Source: Candidatus Woesearchaeota archaeon (lineage in GTDB: Archaea > Nanobdellota > Nanobdellia > Woesearchaeales > GW2011-AR9). From it: a stretch of 64,000 nucleotides of DNA. Positions 19,810 through 29,717 of this stretch are shown piece by piece. The stretch's first letter is position 1. Each line of letters begins with the position of its first letter. The position numbers and the translations under genes are program-made. The notes beneath the pieces are model-generated. The model was not told the origin of the DNA. It saw only the letters and a list, made by a program, of their open reading frames with translations, and did no database searches. The stretch lies in contig JABHQW010000003.1 of assembly GCA_018696595.1 (NCBI GenBank), forward strand, positions 247,757-311,756, in the 5' to 3' direction.

Positions 19810-20502
19810 ATGAGATTAGCATTAAATCAAATATTACCTGAACTAGAAAAAGAAGAACATTTTGTCCATATAGATATTAACAACCATTTGTTTATACAAT
19901 TAGCTAAAACAGAAGGTAAAAGAGTAGAAAAATTATGTTATTTTCCTGAAAATAAAATTATGTATATCCCAATCACAACTGGGATTGTTAATGGATTGAC
20001 ACTAAAAAAACTTGCAGATCAATTTGGTCCTGAAAAAGCAGAACATGATGCAACGAGTGCAAAACTATTTTTGGCAGAAACAAAAAAATATTGGACTGCT
20101 CCTAAAAGAGAAGTTCTTGAAGAAGCAATTAGTCAAGAAGCAAGAACTGTTTGTTCAGATATTAATAGATATAATAGAAACAAATTAGAAGAATTATATC
20201 AAAGTATTTTAGGTTGGAACGTTTTAGAAGCATGTACTGAAGCTTATGCAGAATCGTTTAGAAAAGATTCAATTATACTTGAACGTCACAATCTTGTAGA
20301 CCTCACGGAAGAATATAAAGCCCTTGCTTCTTTTAACAGAAAAGTATCTGCTCAAGCAGGTTATGGTGCTAAAAGAACTGAAAGATTCATTCAAGAATAT
20401 GAAAATACTTGGAGATTCAGAGGACTTGAAAAACCAAAAGGTGATTTTGAAGAAATTAAAAATAAAGTTGTTGAGGAAGCAACAACTCATTTTACAAAAT
20501 GA
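19810..20502 (+). CDS. Hypothetical protein, third gene of the hydrolase operon
   Basis: ATG 2 bp after the SLT stop. No motif recognised. Confidence 0.65.
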   Translation: MRLALNQILPELEKEEHFVHIDINNHLFIQLAKTEGKRVEKLCYFPENKIMYIPITTGIVNGLTLKKLADQFGPEKAEHDATSAKLFLAETKKYWTAPKREVLEEAISQEARTVCSDINRYNRNKLEELYQSILGWNVLEACTEAYAESFRKDSIILERHNLVDLTEEYKALASFNRKVSAQAGYGAKRTERFIQEYENTWRFRGLEKPKGDFEEIKNKVVEEATTHFTK

Positions 20503-20596
20503 AAGCAAGATTAGAAGAATTAGCATTACAAAATTACCAATAACTTTATAAAAACAATTAGAAAATAAATAAAACATAATTAGGAGGAATATTAAA

Positions 20597-21106
20597 ATGA
20601 CTGAAATTAAGAAAGGAGATAAAGTAAAAGTTGAGTATACAGGAAAGTTAGAAGACGGCACTGTATTTGATAGTTCTGAAGGTAAAGCGCCTCTGTGCTT
20701 TGAAGTAGGAGCACAACAAGTAATTCCTGGTTTTGAAAAAGCTGTTGAAGGAATGAAAAAAGATGAAGAAAAAGAATTCACACTTAAAGTAGATGAAGCT
20801 TACGGTCCTGTTAAGGAAGAAATGGTACAAGAAATTCCTAGAGATAAGTTACCAGCTGAACCAGAACCTAAAGAAGGTATGATGTTAATGATGCAAGCAC
20901 CTACTGGTCAACAAATCCCTGCAAAGATTACAAAAGTTGCAGATGATAAAGTTACAATCGATATCAATCATCCATTAGCTGGAAAAGAATTAACCTTCTC
21001 TGTAAAAGTAGTTGGTGTAAACGATCCAGAAGAAGCTAAAGATGAGAAGAAAGATGATGATGGTTGTAAACCAGACGATTGTTCTTCATGTTGCGGTTGC
21101 AACTAA
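20597..21106 (+). CDS. slyD: FKBP-type peptidyl-prolyl isomerase (SlyD-like) with Cys-rich tail
   Basis: VKVEYTGKLEDGTVFDSS, VIPGFEKA, DINHPLAGKELTF; tail CKPDDCSSCCGCN; RBS GGAGG. Confidence 0.93.
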   Translation: MTEIKKGDKVKVEYTGKLEDGTVFDSSEGKAPLCFEVGAQQVIPGFEKAVEGMKKDEEKEFTLKVDEAYGPVKEEMVQEIPRDKLPAEPEPKEGMMLMMQAPTGQQIPAKITKVADDKVTIDINHPLAGKELTFSVKVVGVNDPEEAKDEKKDDDGCKPDDCSSCCGCN

Positions 21107-21180
21107 TTTTTTTTAATTTATTTTTTTAAATATTTTTCTTTTTGGTTAACTTTATATAATTCTTTAATTTCCTAAATTTT

Positions 21181-21546
21181 ATGAAACAAGTTTCCAAATC
21201 TCTTAGAGTCTGGTTTAAGATACATTTTATCGTAGATTTCTTAGTAGCAATTCCTTTAATCTTTTTCACTAAATGGACATTAGGATTGTTTGGCTTTCCA
21301 TTAGAAAATTTAGTTTTCGCTCGTTTAGTTGGCGCGGCATTAATTGGTATTGGTGGAACCTCATATTTCTGTAAGAAGAAAGAACACTTTGAAATTATGT
21401 TGATTCTGAAAATATTTTGGAGCTTAACTGCAATTCTTGCTTTGATCTGGGGAATAATAGAAACAGGAAGTTTATCTTTATGGATATTTTTAGTTGTGTT
21501 TGTAATCTTTTCCGGAATATGGCATTACTATTGGTTTAAGAAATGA
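21181..21546 (+). CDS. Small integral membrane protein
   Basis: Four hydrophobic helices. Confidence 0.7.
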   Translation: MKQVSKSLRVWFKIHFIVDFLVAIPLIFFTKWTLGLFGFPLENLVFARLVGAALIGIGGTSYFCKKKEHFEIMLILKIFWSLTAILALIWGIIETGSLSLWIFLVVFVIFSGIWHYYWFKK

Positions 21547-22109
21547 AAAAAGAAAAAGTTGTCCTAATAATCTTCTGTATCTTTATCCCTATATTCTTAC
21601 TACTGTTCTCATACAAAGTTGTATTAGGATTATCTGATCTGACTGAGAATCAACAAGAAACAATGGATTTCTTAGATAACAAAGAAGAATTAAACTTAAA
21701 CTACACGTCTTCCGCAGTATCACATTTAGAAGATGTTAAAGGAGTAATGAACTTTATTGATTATTTGTTTTATTTTAGTTTACTAGTTTGCACTGGAATT
21801 ATTACTTACTACAAAAAGAACAAAGAACAATTAATGAAACTTTTCAAATATGGAGGAATAACAACTTTAGTCTCTATTGGATTTATTTTATTGTTTGCTT
21901 TGTTTGCTTTCAATCATGTATTTACTTTATTCCATCAGATCTTCTTTCCGCAAGGTAACTGGATCTTTCCCACAAATTCATTATTAATTCAAACGTTTCC
22001 AATTGATTTTTTCATTGGAATTAGTTTTAAGATCTTTTTGTTAAGTATTGGATTTGGAATAGTTTTTATTTTGCTTAATTCTTTGTTAAAAAAGAAACAA
22101 TTATCTTAG
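21543..22109 (+). CDS. DUF1461 / TIGR01906-like integral membrane protein
   Basis: HLEDVK, FTLFHQIFFPQGNWIF, LIQTFP motifs. Confidence 0.8.
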   Translation: MKKEKVVLIIFCIFIPIFLLLFSYKVVLGLSDLTENQQETMDFLDNKEELNLNYTSSAVSHLEDVKGVMNFIDYLFYFSLLVCTGIITYYKKNKEQLMKLFKYGGITTLVSIGFILLFALFAFNHVFTLFHQIFFPQGNWIFPTNSLLIQTFPIDFFIGISFKIFLLSIGFGIVFILLNSLLKKKQLS

Positions 22110-22151
22110 CACAACAATATTTAAAAACTAACATTTGTTTTTTACTTAATT

Positions 22152-22703
22152 ATGGACCCAGCAACAAAGATAGAGAATGATTATCCAACCAAAGTAAATC
22201 AATCTTTAACAAGATTACAACTTGCAGGATATCTAGAAATTAGATGTTTATGGGAACCAACAAACTATGATAAAGCAAAAGCCATTTTATCCATAAATAA
22301 GGAAGATAATAAATTAACATTTCCAAGTTTAATAGAACAAAATGATGATTATGTTACCGAAATCTGTGAAGGAACTTTTGCAGGTCAAGAATATTTAGTA
22401 CAAGAAGAGTTTCTAGCATCTTTCTTAGAAAGAATGTTAACTAGAAACCCAGAAAAACAATATCAACTTGCCCAAGACATAGACAATTTACCAGAACAAG
22501 AAGGCACTGAATTTTATCATAACATTGCAGCAATTTCTGTTCAACGCCAAATTCCATTTCAAGATACCCTTACTTTATTGGGAGTTTATGTTTTACATCA
22601 AGCTCAAGAACAAGGATTGGTACAAATGGGACAAAATGTGGGTGATGAAGTTTGTTGTGTAGTTTATCATCCTAAAGATAGTAATTTAGAGAAAAGAGTT
22701 TAA
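22152..22703 (+). CDS. Hypothetical protein
   Basis: 183-aa ORF with its own TATA about 32 bp upstream. Confidence 0.6.
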   Translation: MDPATKIENDYPTKVNQSLTRLQLAGYLEIRCLWEPTNYDKAKAILSINKEDNKLTFPSLIEQNDDYVTEICEGTFAGQEYLVQEEFLASFLERMLTRNPEKQYQLAQDIDNLPEQEGTEFYHNIAAISVQRQIPFQDTLTLLGVYVLHQAQEQGLVQMGQNVGDEVCCVVYHPKDSNLEKRV

Positions 22704-22740
22704 ACAAACCTTTTTATATTCCTAAAATTTCTTACTTAAT

Positions 22741-22956
22741 ATGTTTGTAGTAAGAGGAGTTAAAGGTTGGATAGTTACATTGATTGCCTTAGCGGTAATC
22801 ATAATCGCAATAGTGTTAGTATTTCAACTATTTTTATTCTTACTTCCGTTAATATTAATTGTAATTATCATTAGTTACCTCTTTAGAATGCTCAACAAAC
22901 TTAAAAAAGAGGAACCAAATAATTACATAGATGTTAAGTATAAGGTAAAGAAATAA
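22741..22956 (+). CDS. Small membrane protein
   Basis: Long hydrophobic segment, then basic tail ending YIDVKYKVKK; coupled to tpiA. Confidence 0.7.
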   Translation: MFVVRGVKGWIVTLIALAVIIIAIVLVFQLFLFLLPLILIVIIISYLFRMLNKLKKEEPNNYIDVKYKVKK

Positions 22957-23615
22957 TGACAAAGCCCCTAGTGTTAATCAATTTTAAAACGTACAAAGAA
23001 GCTTATGGAGATAAAGCATTAGAATTAGCAAGAAAGATTGCTAAGGTTAAGAAAACAAAATACGATTTAGCAATTGCCCCGTCACTATTAACAATTAAAG
23101 AAGTTGCCCAGAAAACAAACTTAACAATCTTCTCACAACACACTGACCATATTAATTTAGGTGCAAATACAGGAAGGATCCCAATCGATGAGCTTAAATC
23201 ATTTGGAGTTAAAGGAACAATATTAAATCATTCTGAAAGAAAGATACCATTGAAATTTCTTAAAGAGATTGTTCAGAGATGTAAAAATAAAAAATTAATT
23301 ACTGTTGTTTGTGCTTCCACAATTTCAGAGATTAAAAAAGTAGCACTATTTCACCCTAATTATATTGCTTACGAACCAAAGGAGTTTATTGGCGGAAATA
23401 TTTCTGTAACAGAAGCCAAGCCAGAGATTATTGTTCGCGCAGTAGAAACAGTAAAATATCTCAGCCCGAAAACAAAAGTTCTTTGCGGTGCTGGAATTCA
23501 TTCCAAAGAAGATTTAGGACACGCGTTATTATTAGGAACAGAAGGTGTTCTGATAGGTCATGCTGTTCCAAAAGCTAAAGATCCAAAGAAATTCTTAGAA
23601 GAAATGTTAATTTAA
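22956..23615 (+). CDS. tpiA: Triosephosphate isomerase (archaeal type)
   Basis: INFKTY, ILNHSERK, AYEPKEFIG, CGAGI. Confidence 0.95.
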   Translation: MTKPLVLINFKTYKEAYGDKALELARKIAKVKKTKYDLAIAPSLLTIKEVAQKTNLTIFSQHTDHINLGANTGRIPIDELKSFGVKGTILNHSERKIPLKFLKEIVQRCKNKKLITVVCASTISEIKKVALFHPNYIAYEPKEFIGGNISVTEAKPEIIVRAVETVKYLSPKTKVLCGAGIHSKEDLGHALLLGTEGVLIGHAVPKAKDPKKFLEEMLI

Positions 23616-23622
23616 AAAGAAT

Positions 23623-24159
23623 TTATTTAACATTCACATAAAACTTCTGAGTGTTACCATATTGTTTAGAATCAGAAAATATCTTAACACTAAAAATATA
23701 TTGACCATTAGGGGCAGTCTTAGGAACATTGACTAAAATGGATTCACTAACATGTTCTCCCTCCAATATTTTAATTGATTTGGTGTTAAAAAGTAACCAG
23801 GTATCGGTTCCAGAAACTGACACTTGTGATTCAGTTTCATCTAACACTTTAGATAATCCCACTTCAATATTAAATTTATCTCCAACTCCACCGATATTTA
23901 GAATTCCAATTCCAAATACGTGCTGTTCTCCTCTATTTACATAAGCAACATGTAATGGTAAAGCAACAGGTTTACCTTGATCAACTAACAATCTTTCAAG
24001 TTCTGTTTTAGTTTTTGCATCTAATTCTCCTTTAATCTCTTCTGCTCCACCAATGAATTTGTAAAGTAAAGTAATTCCTCCAGCAAGAACAACTAATGAA
24101 ATGATAACAACAACTAAAGTGTTTATTGAAAGTCCGATTGCAGCCTTTTTGTTCATCAT
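23623..24159 (-). CDS. Type IV pilin-like protein (class III signal peptide)
   Basis: MMNKKA/AIGLSINTLVVVIISLVVL: basic leader, KA cleavage site, hydrophobic alpha-1; beta-rich body. Confidence 0.8.
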   Translation of the reverse strand: MMNKKAAIGLSINTLVVVIISLVVLAGGITLLYKFIGGAEEIKGELDAKTKTELERLLVDQGKPVALPLHVAYVNRGEQHVFGIGILNIGGVGDKFNIEVGLSKVLDETESQVSVSGTDTWLLFNTKSIKILEGEHVSESILVNVPKTAPNGQYIFSVKIFSDSKQYGNTQKFYVNVK

Positions 24160-24211
24160 ATAGCACAAAAGTAACTAAAAATATATAAAGATGCTTTACT
24201 ATTACTCAGTC

Positions 24212-26107
24212 ATGTCAGTTCCAGAATTAATATTAGAAGAAAGGCTAAGTAAAGTAAAATCAGAAAATATTGCTAAAGAGATTATAAGCAAAAGAGATAA
24301 CCGTTCTTGGTTAAGAAAAGGAGTAGATTATTTGTCAAGAAGCATTTTATTACCTGCCGCAGCAACTTTAGCAATTGCTTTACCTTCTTGTGAAACTGGA
24401 GAAGTCAATTCACAATATAATGGATGTAAGTTCGATAGTCAATGTGCTTCTGGAGAAATTTGTGATAACAATACAAAACAATGTGTTCCAAAAGATAAAG
24501 AATTAGAAAGTTGTATTATGGATACAGATTGTCCAGAAGATTTTCATTGCAACCCAGATAAAGTTTGTTCAAATGTTCCAGATACTACTAAGATATTAGG
24601 GTCAGCAGTTTCTGAGTTAGAGAGTATTACAGGAGATCAGAAAAAATTAACTTTCAAAGGAAGTTCTACCTACGCCAATAAACTAAAACCAGGAGACATC
24701 ATAGTAGCAGGTATTAGTAATAAATTGGAAGAAGGATTATTGAGAGAAGTCACTTCAATCAGTAACTCAGGAAGCAATATTAGCGTTCAAACAGTAAGTG
24801 CATCTTTAGAACAAGCAATAAAAAAAGGAATAATTAGTGGAACAATTGTTTTTAGTGAGGATTATTTAGGAAAAGCTGATGCAATCACACCAGGAGTAAC
24901 TATTGAAACAACTTATTTTCCGCTTTCAGAAGAGATGAGTATGGAAATTAATTTTGATCATGTTAATCTTTACAAAAATGTATTATTCTTAGATGGAAGT
25001 TTAGAAGGAAATATTTCTGCTAATTTTGAAGTAGAAATTGATTGGTTTAAAATTAAAGAAGTTTATTTTGCTTTAGGTGGCGAAGAAAACTTAGACTTAA
25101 CTTTAAGTGGAGAAATAAGTAAAACGATTTCTGAACAATTACCCCCAATCAAACCATTACATTTTCCTCCAATTGCTTTTGCCATTCCGACTGTCCCCCC
25201 AATACCGGTAGTAATTAGTCCAGAACTATCCATTATTCTTGGAGTTGATGCATCGGGAGAATTAAGTTTTGAAACAGGAATTAATCAATCAATAGAAATG
25301 TTATATGGATTACAATACAAAAATAAAGAATGGCAACCAATTAAATCTTTTGCCCATAATTTTGATACTACTGGGGTTAATTTAACTCAAACACACGCAG
25401 ATATTAGAGCATATGTTATTCCTTTATTCGCTTTAGATTTTTACGGGGTTGCTGGCCCTTACGGTGCAGTTGAAGCTTTTGTTGGTGCAGAAGTTGAACC
25501 ATTTAATAATCCTTGGTGCTCAGTTTATGCAGGATTGGATATTATGGCAGGAGTTCATGTGGAGGCATTAGGAAAAACTTTAGCCGACTATCATACTACT
25601 ATTTTTGAATTAGAAAAAGAATTGTATACTTGTGAAGAAAGTAATACGTGTATACCATCTCAAGAGATTTGTGATGGAAAAGACAATGATTGTGATAATA
25701 ATGTTGATGAAGGAAACGTTTGCGGAAGCACTTGTCAAGATGAATGTTATAATGTTGGACAAACAGAATGTGTGAACAGTTCTTCATTTAAAGAATGTGG
25801 AAATTATGATGAAGATAGTTGTTTAGAGTTAAGTTCTACACAATATTGTGGGAATGAGGAAATTTGTGAAAATGGCGAATGTGTTGAAGAATCTACGGGA
25901 ACAGATTATACAGTTGATGAATTGTTTCAATTATGTTCAGATTGGAGAGATCTCCATAAAGAATGTTACGGAGAATATCCTGCATTAATGAGCATGCTTT
26001 GTTCAGAATTATCAGAAGAAGTAAAAGAAAGTGGAAATATTCCAAAAGATTGGCTTTGTGCAAAAAATGCTACTTGTACCAAATATATTGAATGTCACGA
26101 GAATTAA
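24212..26107 (+). CDS. Cys-rich secreted lipoprotein (EGF-like repeats, beta-rich core, CDGKDNDCD metal-binding repeat)
   Basis: LAIALPSC lipobox; CxxDxxC repeats; EICDGKDNDCDNNVDEG motif. Start at 24212 is 30 bp from TATATAAA. Confidence 0.75.
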   Translation: MSVPELILEERLSKVKSENIAKEIISKRDNRSWLRKGVDYLSRSILLPAAATLAIALPSCETGEVNSQYNGCKFDSQCASGEICDNNTKQCVPKDKELESCIMDTDCPEDFHCNPDKVCSNVPDTTKILGSAVSELESITGDQKKLTFKGSSTYANKLKPGDIIVAGISNKLEEGLLREVTSISNSGSNISVQTVSASLEQAIKKGIISGTIVFSEDYLGKADAITPGVTIETTYFPLSEEMSMEINFDHVNLYKNVLFLDGSLEGNISANFEVEIDWFKIKEVYFALGGEENLDLTLSGEISKTISEQLPPIKPLHFPPIAFAIPTVPPIPVVISPELSIILGVDASGELSFETGINQSIEMLYGLQYKNKEWQPIKSFAHNFDTTGVNLTQTHADIRAYVIPLFALDFYGVAGPYGAVEAFVGAEVEPFNNPWCSVYAGLDIMAGVHVEALGKTLADYHTTIFELEKELYTCEESNTCIPSQEICDGKDNDCDNNVDEGNVCGSTCQDECYNVGQTECVNSSSFKECGNYDEDSCLELSSTQYCGNEEICENGECVEESTGTDYTVDELFQLCSDWRDLHKECYGEYPALMSMLCSELSEEVKESGNIPKDWLCAKNATCTKYIECHEN

Positions 26108-26132
26108 TAAAAAAAATTAAAATAAAAAAAAT

Positions 26133-26372
26133 TTACTTGAGAATTTCGTATTCTTTAACAATTATCACTAAGAACAAGAACAGTAATACTGCACCACCAA
26201 TCATGTACCATAATCCTGGGAACATCATTGTATCTCTAATAGCAACATACATTCCCCAGCCCATGACGATAAAACCTAGCCAAAGAAACTTGTCTAACAC
26301 TAACTTCATGATCTGAAATTCTTGATCCTCGGTCATCTGTTTTTTTCCGTTTATTTTTCTTTTTCTTGCCAT
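26133..26372 (-). CDS. Small two-TM membrane protein
   Basis: QEFQIMKLVLDKFLWLG followed by two TM helices; co-oriented with the pilin gene. Confidence 0.7.
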   Translation of the reverse strand: MARKRKINGKKQMTEDQEFQIMKLVLDKFLWLGFIVMGWGMYVAIRDTMMFPGLWYMIGGAVLLFLFLVIIVKEYEILK

Positions 26373-26384
26373 TTTTCAATACCT

Positions 26385-26939
26385 CTAAATGATGTTCACA
26401 AAGAAAGATTTCTCTGCGTACGGTGCGTCTGGAGTAATTTCATTACCACCATCATCAACTTCCATTATTCTCAAGTTAACCAAATAAGTTCCAGTATCAC
26501 CATCTGCATTAATCTTAATATTGTAAGCTTCTGCATTAGTTGTCTGCAAAGTAAACGCACTAGTATCATAGAAAAAACTCACATGATCTTTTAGCTGCTC
26601 AATAGTCCACTCTGGATGAGCTTGACTCTCTGTCGCCTCAACTTTAATCTCAAACTTCAATTGAGCGTTGTTAGTATTCTTAACACCAATTGCAATATCT
26701 TGCGCGTCTCCCTTCTCAATACTTAATGTAGTTGCTGGAAAACTTAACTTTTTATCACCTGTTCTAAGATCTTCCAAAATCTGTTGTCTAATCTGTTCTT
26801 GTACTCCAGTAGAAGTTTCTGTAATAGATTTAAACTGACCACGAACAAAACTTAATCCCAATCCCAGAACAACGAAAGCAATAACAACAATTACGATCGC
26901 TTGGATAGATAAGTTCAATGAACCTTTTTTATTATTCAT
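26385..26939 (-). CDS. Type IV pilin-like protein (class III signal peptide)
   Basis: MNNKKG/SLNLSIQAIVIVVIAFVVL; RBS GAGGTG; paralogous to 23623-24159. Confidence 0.82.
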   Translation of the reverse strand: MNNKKGSLNLSIQAIVIVVIAFVVLGLGLSFVRGQFKSITETSTGVQEQIRQQILEDLRTGDKKLSFPATTLSIEKGDAQDIAIGVKNTNNAQLKFEIKVEATESQAHPEWTIEQLKDHVSFFYDTSAFTLQTTNAEAYNIKINADGDTGTYLVNLRIMEVDDGGNEITPDAPYAEKSFFVNII

Positions 26940-27079
26940 TATTTTACACCTCTTTTTTAATAATTATAATATAAAGTAATATTTTTTCATATATAAATGT
27001 TTGGAAAAATAACATTTTTCCAGACATTTCAAAAAGTCCTTGCTTTTTGTTATGTATTGGATATTTCAAGTTAAAAAAT

Positions 27080-27916
27080 TTAGAACAACCTTTTAATAAT
27101 AAAATCAAAAACTTCTCTGCCAAATATTAACACTAAGTAAGCAAACAAGAAACTGGGAACGAAAGGTACGCCTTCTTTGATCAAGATTAAGTTTTTCAAG
27201 GGTAACAATTTAACTAAATCTTCTTTTTCTAAAGTTTTTGCTGCCACAATAATTTTTGTTCCAACTTTAACATCTTCAGCTAACCAATCCCCTTCTGTAA
27301 GATTCTCTGGTTTGATTTTTTTAAAGAAACAAGTTTTTTCTACAGAGTTTACGAAACTGAACAAATAAAACATTCCTAAAGGGAGAATGATTAACGGCCA
27401 GAAAAATGATTGGAAGATAGTCAAAACAACAAAGATTAAAGAAACGATTAAAGTAAATGAATGTAACTTCTTCTGTTTCTTCATTCTTTTCGTGATATCT
27501 TTAACAAAAAGTTTTCTTTTGACAATAGCGATTACAATCATATAAATCAAACCATAAATTGCGCCCAAGAATAATAATGCTAGGAAAAAAAATAGTAAGT
27601 TCCAACTATCGGCATTAAAAGAATAATTAATTCCAATAATAACTCCCATCGCCATTAATAGTTTAGAATCTCCGCCACCCCATTGACCAGTATAATAGAA
27701 TAGAAAAGCTAATGCTAAACAGATAATGAAACCTAGAATCCCGCTAAATAAAACAGTCCAACCCAATTCGAATGAGAAAATAATTCTGACCCCAAACGCA
27801 GCAAAGATCAATCCATAATTTAACCAATCAGGAACTTCTCTTGTTCTAATGTCTGAATAAGAAGCAATAAGTAAAGCGATTAATGTGATTGCAATTAGAG
27901 TAACATCTAAAACCAT
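27080..27916 (-). CDS. Prepilin/prearchaellin peptidase (A24, FlaK/PibD-like)
   Basis: ASYSDIRTREVPD (first Asp), GGGDSKLL (second Asp), LTEGDWL, GVPFVPSF. Confidence 0.92.
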   Translation of the reverse strand: MVLDVTLIAITLIALLIASYSDIRTREVPDWLNYGLIFAAFGVRIIFSFELGWTVLFSGILGFIICLALAFLFYYTGQWGGGDSKLLMAMGVIIGINYSFNADSWNLLFFFLALLFLGAIYGLIYMIVIAIVKRKLFVKDITKRMKKQKKLHSFTLIVSLIFVVLTIFQSFFWPLIILPLGMFYLFSFVNSVEKTCFFKKIKPENLTEGDWLAEDVKVGTKIIVAAKTLEKEDLVKLLPLKNLILIKEGVPFVPSFLFAYLVLIFGREVFDFIIKRLF

Positions 27917-28222
27917 ATGTAGAAAGAATTATTTTATGTTTATTAAGATGTTGGTTTTTTGTTAGTTCTGGTAACAATTTATTAATAATAAAGGAAGAAA
28001 AAAATCATTGAAAACCGTATAGCAAAACATTGAACAATGCTAATTTTAAACACGAACAAAGATAAACAATATAATCTTCATTTTCTAATTATTATTTTCA
28101 TCTAAATCAAATCAACAAAATTAAAACCAAGACAGTGCAAACATTTATAAACAAAATTATATTAACAGAACCTAGTAGAAAGTAGAATATAATACTTAAT
28201 AAACAAAAAAACGGTGATAAAT

Positions 28223-28783
28223 ATGGTAGACGAAAACTATGATCTCTTACCTCATAAACTTCTTGCAGACTTAAAAGAAGATGTGGATTCTTTAAAAAAG
28301 AAAATGAACGAACCAAATCAAAAGATTAACGAACTAATCTTAGAGATTGAAAGTATGAAAGATGTGGTAAATGATTTAAACACAATATTTCAAAAAGCTT
28401 TGGCACAAACCAAAGATGCGGACCCACATCAAATTATTAAAGTTCTTGCACAAAGAACAGAAACGGTATTGAATCAAAACGAAACTATTGCTAAAGGCAT
28501 GGTAGCAATTTCTGATAAATTAGAGAGTTGGATGGAAACACAGAGTCAAGTTGTAAGTAAACCAATACCACAACATGCCCCTGTGGCTCAGCAACAACAA
28601 CAACAACATATGCCACCACCCCAAATGGGGACATCGCAACATAGTATGGGTCCGCCAGAGATGCCGGGCAATAGAGTTGCTCCAATGCCACCGATGGCAG
28701 GACAACAGCAAGGAGGGATGGATATGCCGCCACCACCGCCAGGTTCAAGTAAGAAAAATATAATTGGTGGATTATTCAAATAA
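28223..28783 (+). CDS. Coiled-coil protein with Pro/Gln/Met-rich disordered C-terminus
   Basis: Heptad-rich N-half, then QQQQQQHMPPPQMG...MDMPPPPPG; RBS GGTGA. Confidence 0.75.
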   Translation: MVDENYDLLPHKLLADLKEDVDSLKKKMNEPNQKINELILEIESMKDVVNDLNTIFQKALAQTKDADPHQIIKVLAQRTETVLNQNETIAKGMVAISDKLESWMETQSQVVSKPIPQHAPVAQQQQQQHMPPPQMGTSQHSMGPPEMPGNRVAPMPPMAGQQQGGMDMPPPPPGSSKKNIIGGLFK

Positions 28784-28785
28784 AG

Positions 28786-29652
28786 ATGGGTTACTTAAAA
28801 GCCAAACAATTATTGGTAACTTTAGCTAAAGTTCAAGAGAAAGAAAAAAAGAACTTTAATAGACTTGAGATCGTTAAAAAGATGAACGAAATAAAATATC
28901 TTTCTACACAAAAGAAAGTTCCGCGTTTGACTTTAAGAAAAGAGGTAATTCATTTAGAAAATAAGATCGAAGGAATTCTAGAACTTGAAGAAGAATTAAT
29001 GAAGAAAAAGAAACATGAATCAAAAAGAATTGTTTCTTTGAAAAAACAAATTACTAATCTGAAGAAAAAGTTAACTGCTTGTCAGGATAAAGATTTAAAG
29101 AAAAAGGTTGAAAGATTATCTCACTTATTGGGGGATTTCTTAGCTAAACATGGAACTAAAGATGACATTGAGTTAAGTAAAAAAATCTTGAAAGAAATTA
29201 AAGTTAAGAAAAGGTTACCTTCAACTAAAGCTAAGAAAATCAAACATGATCGACACCCTGTTAAAAGACAAAAAGTTACTGAAGTTTCTATTTTAACTGA
29301 ACAAGATAAATTAAGGATCAGAAGATTACAATTACGGATGAAGATTCTTAAACAAGAATTAGACCAAGTTGAAGAAGTTGATTTACAGAAAACTAAATTG
29401 TTGGAACAAAGAGTAAGTCTTTTAGAAATGAAGTTAAACGGTTATTACAAAGAACACCCAGAATTACTTTCTGAAACAATTGTAGAAAAGAAATCTGAAG
29501 TGGTTTCTTCGCCGATGGAAGTTAAACATACTTTAATGTTCAATGGTTCTGAGAGTAAAGAATCTTTATTGCTTGGTGACCATGGCAAATCTATAGAAAT
29601 TGATTTAGAGAAAGAATTACCTTTACCGCCGCCGCCTAAGATGACTGATTAG
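28786..29652 (+). CDS. Basic coiled-coil protein with polyproline tail
   Basis: Lys/Glu-rich heptads; ends ELPLPPPPKMTD; 2 bp after the preceding gene. Confidence 0.75.
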   Translation: MGYLKAKQLLVTLAKVQEKEKKNFNRLEIVKKMNEIKYLSTQKKVPRLTLRKEVIHLENKIEGILELEEELMKKKKHESKRIVSLKKQITNLKKKLTACQDKDLKKKVERLSHLLGDFLAKHGTKDDIELSKKILKEIKVKKRLPSTKAKKIKHDRHPVKRQKVTEVSILTEQDKLRIRRLQLRMKILKQELDQVEEVDLQKTKLLEQRVSLLEMKLNGYYKEHPELLSETIVEKKSEVVSSPMEVKHTLMFNGSESKESLLLGDHGKSIEIDLEKELPLPPPPKMTD

Positions 29653-29717
29653 AGTTCTTGAAGATATATATTTGCGGAGGATAATATTTTTAAATCATTT
29701 CTAATTAATTATTGTCT

